From positions 1 through 16,292 of the forward strand of contig JALTLO010000104.1 in the NCBI GenBank assembly GCA_027001995.1: 16,292 nucleotides of DNA, given 5' to 3'. The notes below the pieces were generated by a model. That model had not been told where the DNA came from, did not search any database, and saw only the letters and a program-made list of their open reading frames with translations. Of this stretch, positions 14,646-16,292 are shown in pieces (within the stretch, counting starts at the first letter, position 1; each line of letters starts with the position of its first letter). The position numbers and the translations under genes are program-made. The stretch is from Planctomycetota bacterium (lineage in GTDB: Bacteria > Planctomycetota > GCA-002687715 > DRQF01).

Positions 14646-16292
14646 ATGGACCAACCCGTCAGTGAATTGAAAGGTGTTGGTCCCAAGCGCAAGGACGTTC
14701 TTCGGGATGGAGGAATCAACTCCCTAGCGGATCTCCTCGGCTATTTTCCCCGCCGCCATCGATTCATTCCTGCTGTCAGCGCATTGGATGGGGTTCCTCA
14801 CGGCCGAATATGCACCCTTTTGGGAGAGGTCGCATCTTTGGTTCATCGCCGGAGTCGCCGGCATTCCGGTGGACATCTGCGTGTTCGCCTTCAAGTCGAT
14901 GATGAGATTGTTGTTCTCGAATTCTTCAATCAAGGGTACTTGCGCAATACCATTGAAGCTGGACAATTCCTTAGGGTAACGGGGGTTCTACTTCGAGAAC
15001 CTACCCTGACCTTGACACCAACGAACTTCAAGATGGCCAAGGATGTGAAGGAACTTGATTCTTCCGCCCTGATCTTGAGCGACTACAAGGCGATTGGGGC
15101 TCTGAGATCGAGCCAGATCTGGACTTTGGTACGTGCTGGCCTGCAACAAGTTGCTGGAGACATGAAGGACCCTATTCCCAGGCCTCTATTGCAGCGTCGC
15201 AAGCTGGTGAGCTTGGAGCATGCGGTTGGGCAATATCACGTACCGAATTCTTCCCATGAACTTGAGTTGGCCTCGAGGCGTTTGTCTTACAATGCCTATC
15301 TCTTAGGTGCCTTGAGGGCTGAAGGGGTCAAGAGTGACCTCAGAAAGGCTCGGGCTGAAGAAATTTTGCGGGATTCTCAGCGGGAAAAGCGAAGCCAATC
15401 TGTCTTGCCGTTCCAGTTGACCGAAGGACAAAAGGAGGCTCTTGAAGAGATTCTTCAGGACCTAGCCTATCCCCAGCCCATGCGCCGTCTTCTTCAAGGT
15501 GACGTGGGGTGTGGCAAGACAGCTGTGGCTGCCATGGTCGCTCTCAACGTCGGCCTCCATGGCCAACAGGTGGCATTCTTGGCACCGACGGAAGTTTTGG
15601 CGCGGCAAATTCATGACGTCTTGCGTGGGTGGGGCCAAGGGGTTGGCATAGAGAGCACTCTTCTTGTGGGCGGCATGAAGGTTCGCGAAAAGCGCCAAGC
15701 TCTTGAGCAAGTTGCCCAAGCCAACGGCGCCATCGTCGTGGGTACCCATGCCCTGTTTCAAACCCCGGTTACTTTCCGCGATTTGGGTCTTGTCATTGTT
15801 GATGAGCAACATCGCTTTGGGGTTCTTCAACGATTACGCTTGGTTCGCAAAGGGAAGTCACCCCATCTGTTGGCCATGAGCGCCACACCGATCCCGCGTA
15901 CTTTGGCCATGACTCTCTATTCGGATCTCAAACTCTCCTCGGTAAAGCACCGTCCGGGCAATCGCTTGCCCATTGAAACGTCCCACCATGTTCGAGACTT
16001 GGATGGCCCGTTTGCCTGGCAACAATTGGCAGCTCGGGCGCGATCTGGAGAGAAATGTTTCATCGTCTTTCCCGGAATCGAAAGTGAAAACGAGTCTTTT
16101 CCCACCCTGTTGGGCTTAGGCCGTTTGCTGGCCAAGCGATTCTTTAAGGGTGTCCCTATGGCAGCAGTCCATGGGAGAATGAAGGACGAAGATAAACAAA
16201 AAAACTTGCAAGCTTTTCGCAACGGCGACGTCAAGGTCTTGTTTGCTACCACAGTGATCGAAGTGGGAGTTGACGTCCCAGACGCTCAACAC
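14646..16292 (+). CDS. recG: ATP-dependent DNA helicase RecG (3' truncated by the window edge; not in the supplied ORF track)
   Basis: Manual translation gives MDQPVSELKGVGPKR...DLLGYFPRR, LPFQLTEGQ, MRRLLQGDVGCGKT, LAPTEVLARQ, VGTHAL, VIVDEQHRFG, MSATPIPRTL, VHGRMK and ATTVIEVGVDVPDA. An alternative in-frame GTG at 14610 overlaps the upstream stop. Confidence 0.97.
   Translation, partial: MDQPVSELKGVGPKRKDVLRDGGINSLADLLGYFPRRHRFIPAVSALDGVPHGRICTLLGEVASLVHRRSRRHSGGHLRVRLQVDDEIVVLEFFNQGYLRNTIEAGQFLRVTGVLLREPTLTLTPTNFKMAKDVKELDSSALILSDYKAIGALRSSQIWTLVRAGLQQVAGDMKDPIPRPLLQRRKLVSLEHAVGQYHVPNSSHELELASRRLSYNAYLLGALRAEGVKSDLRKARAEEILRDSQREKRSQSVLPFQLTEGQKEALEEILQDLAYPQPMRRLLQGDVGCGKTAVAAMVALNVGLHGQQVAFLAPTEVLARQIHDVLRGWGQGVGIESTLLVGGMKVREKRQALEQVAQANGAIVVGTHALFQTPVTFRDLGLVIVDEQHRFGVLQRLRLVRKGKSPHLLAMSATPIPRTLAMTLYSDLKLSSVKHRPGNRLPIETSHHVRDLDGPFAWQQLAARARSGEKCFIVFPGIESENESFPTLLGLGRLLAKRFFKGVPMAAVHGRMKDEDKQKNLQAFRNGDVKVLFATTVIEVGVDVPDAQH

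Noticed and set aside
14724..16252. Short ORFs at 14724-14966, 14788-14979, 15462-15830 and 15917-16252 suggesting a gene-poor or fragmented region
   Set aside because: The whole stretch is the continuous recG frame, omitted from the track only because its stop lies outside the window.

Overview
Bacterial chromosomal window of moderate GC content with no mobile elements, RNA genes or CRISPR arrays that I can support. From left to right it holds: (1) an elongasome operon mreB (3' part)-mreC-mreD-mrdA/pbp2-rodA, in which MreC appears to carry two tandem MreC beta-modules and PBP2 is enlarged to 880 aa by a long helical insertion; (2) 149 bp downstream on the same strand, a five-gene bacterial microcompartment (BMC) locus encoding a CoA-acylating aldehyde dehydrogenase with a C-terminal encapsulation peptide, BMC-H, a stacked-type BMC-T, a BMC-P with a ~98-aa charge-blocked disordered tail and a PduT-like BMC-T, with no signature enzyme, alcohol dehydrogenase, phosphotransacylase or kinase in the window; (3) an ECF sigma factor and a membrane-bound anti-sigma with a non-canonical zinc motif; (4) an XRE-cupin regulator converging on a secreted non-catalytic FGE-sulfatase-fold gene across a terminator hairpin; (5) a DUF1858-like CxxC protein followed by recG, which runs off the right edge and is absent from the ORF track. 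The best candidate for an undescribed system is the orphan, Haliangium-type metabolosome between an atypical elongasome operon and an ECF/anti-sigma pair. All family calls rest on motif recognition from memory; no database searches were run.
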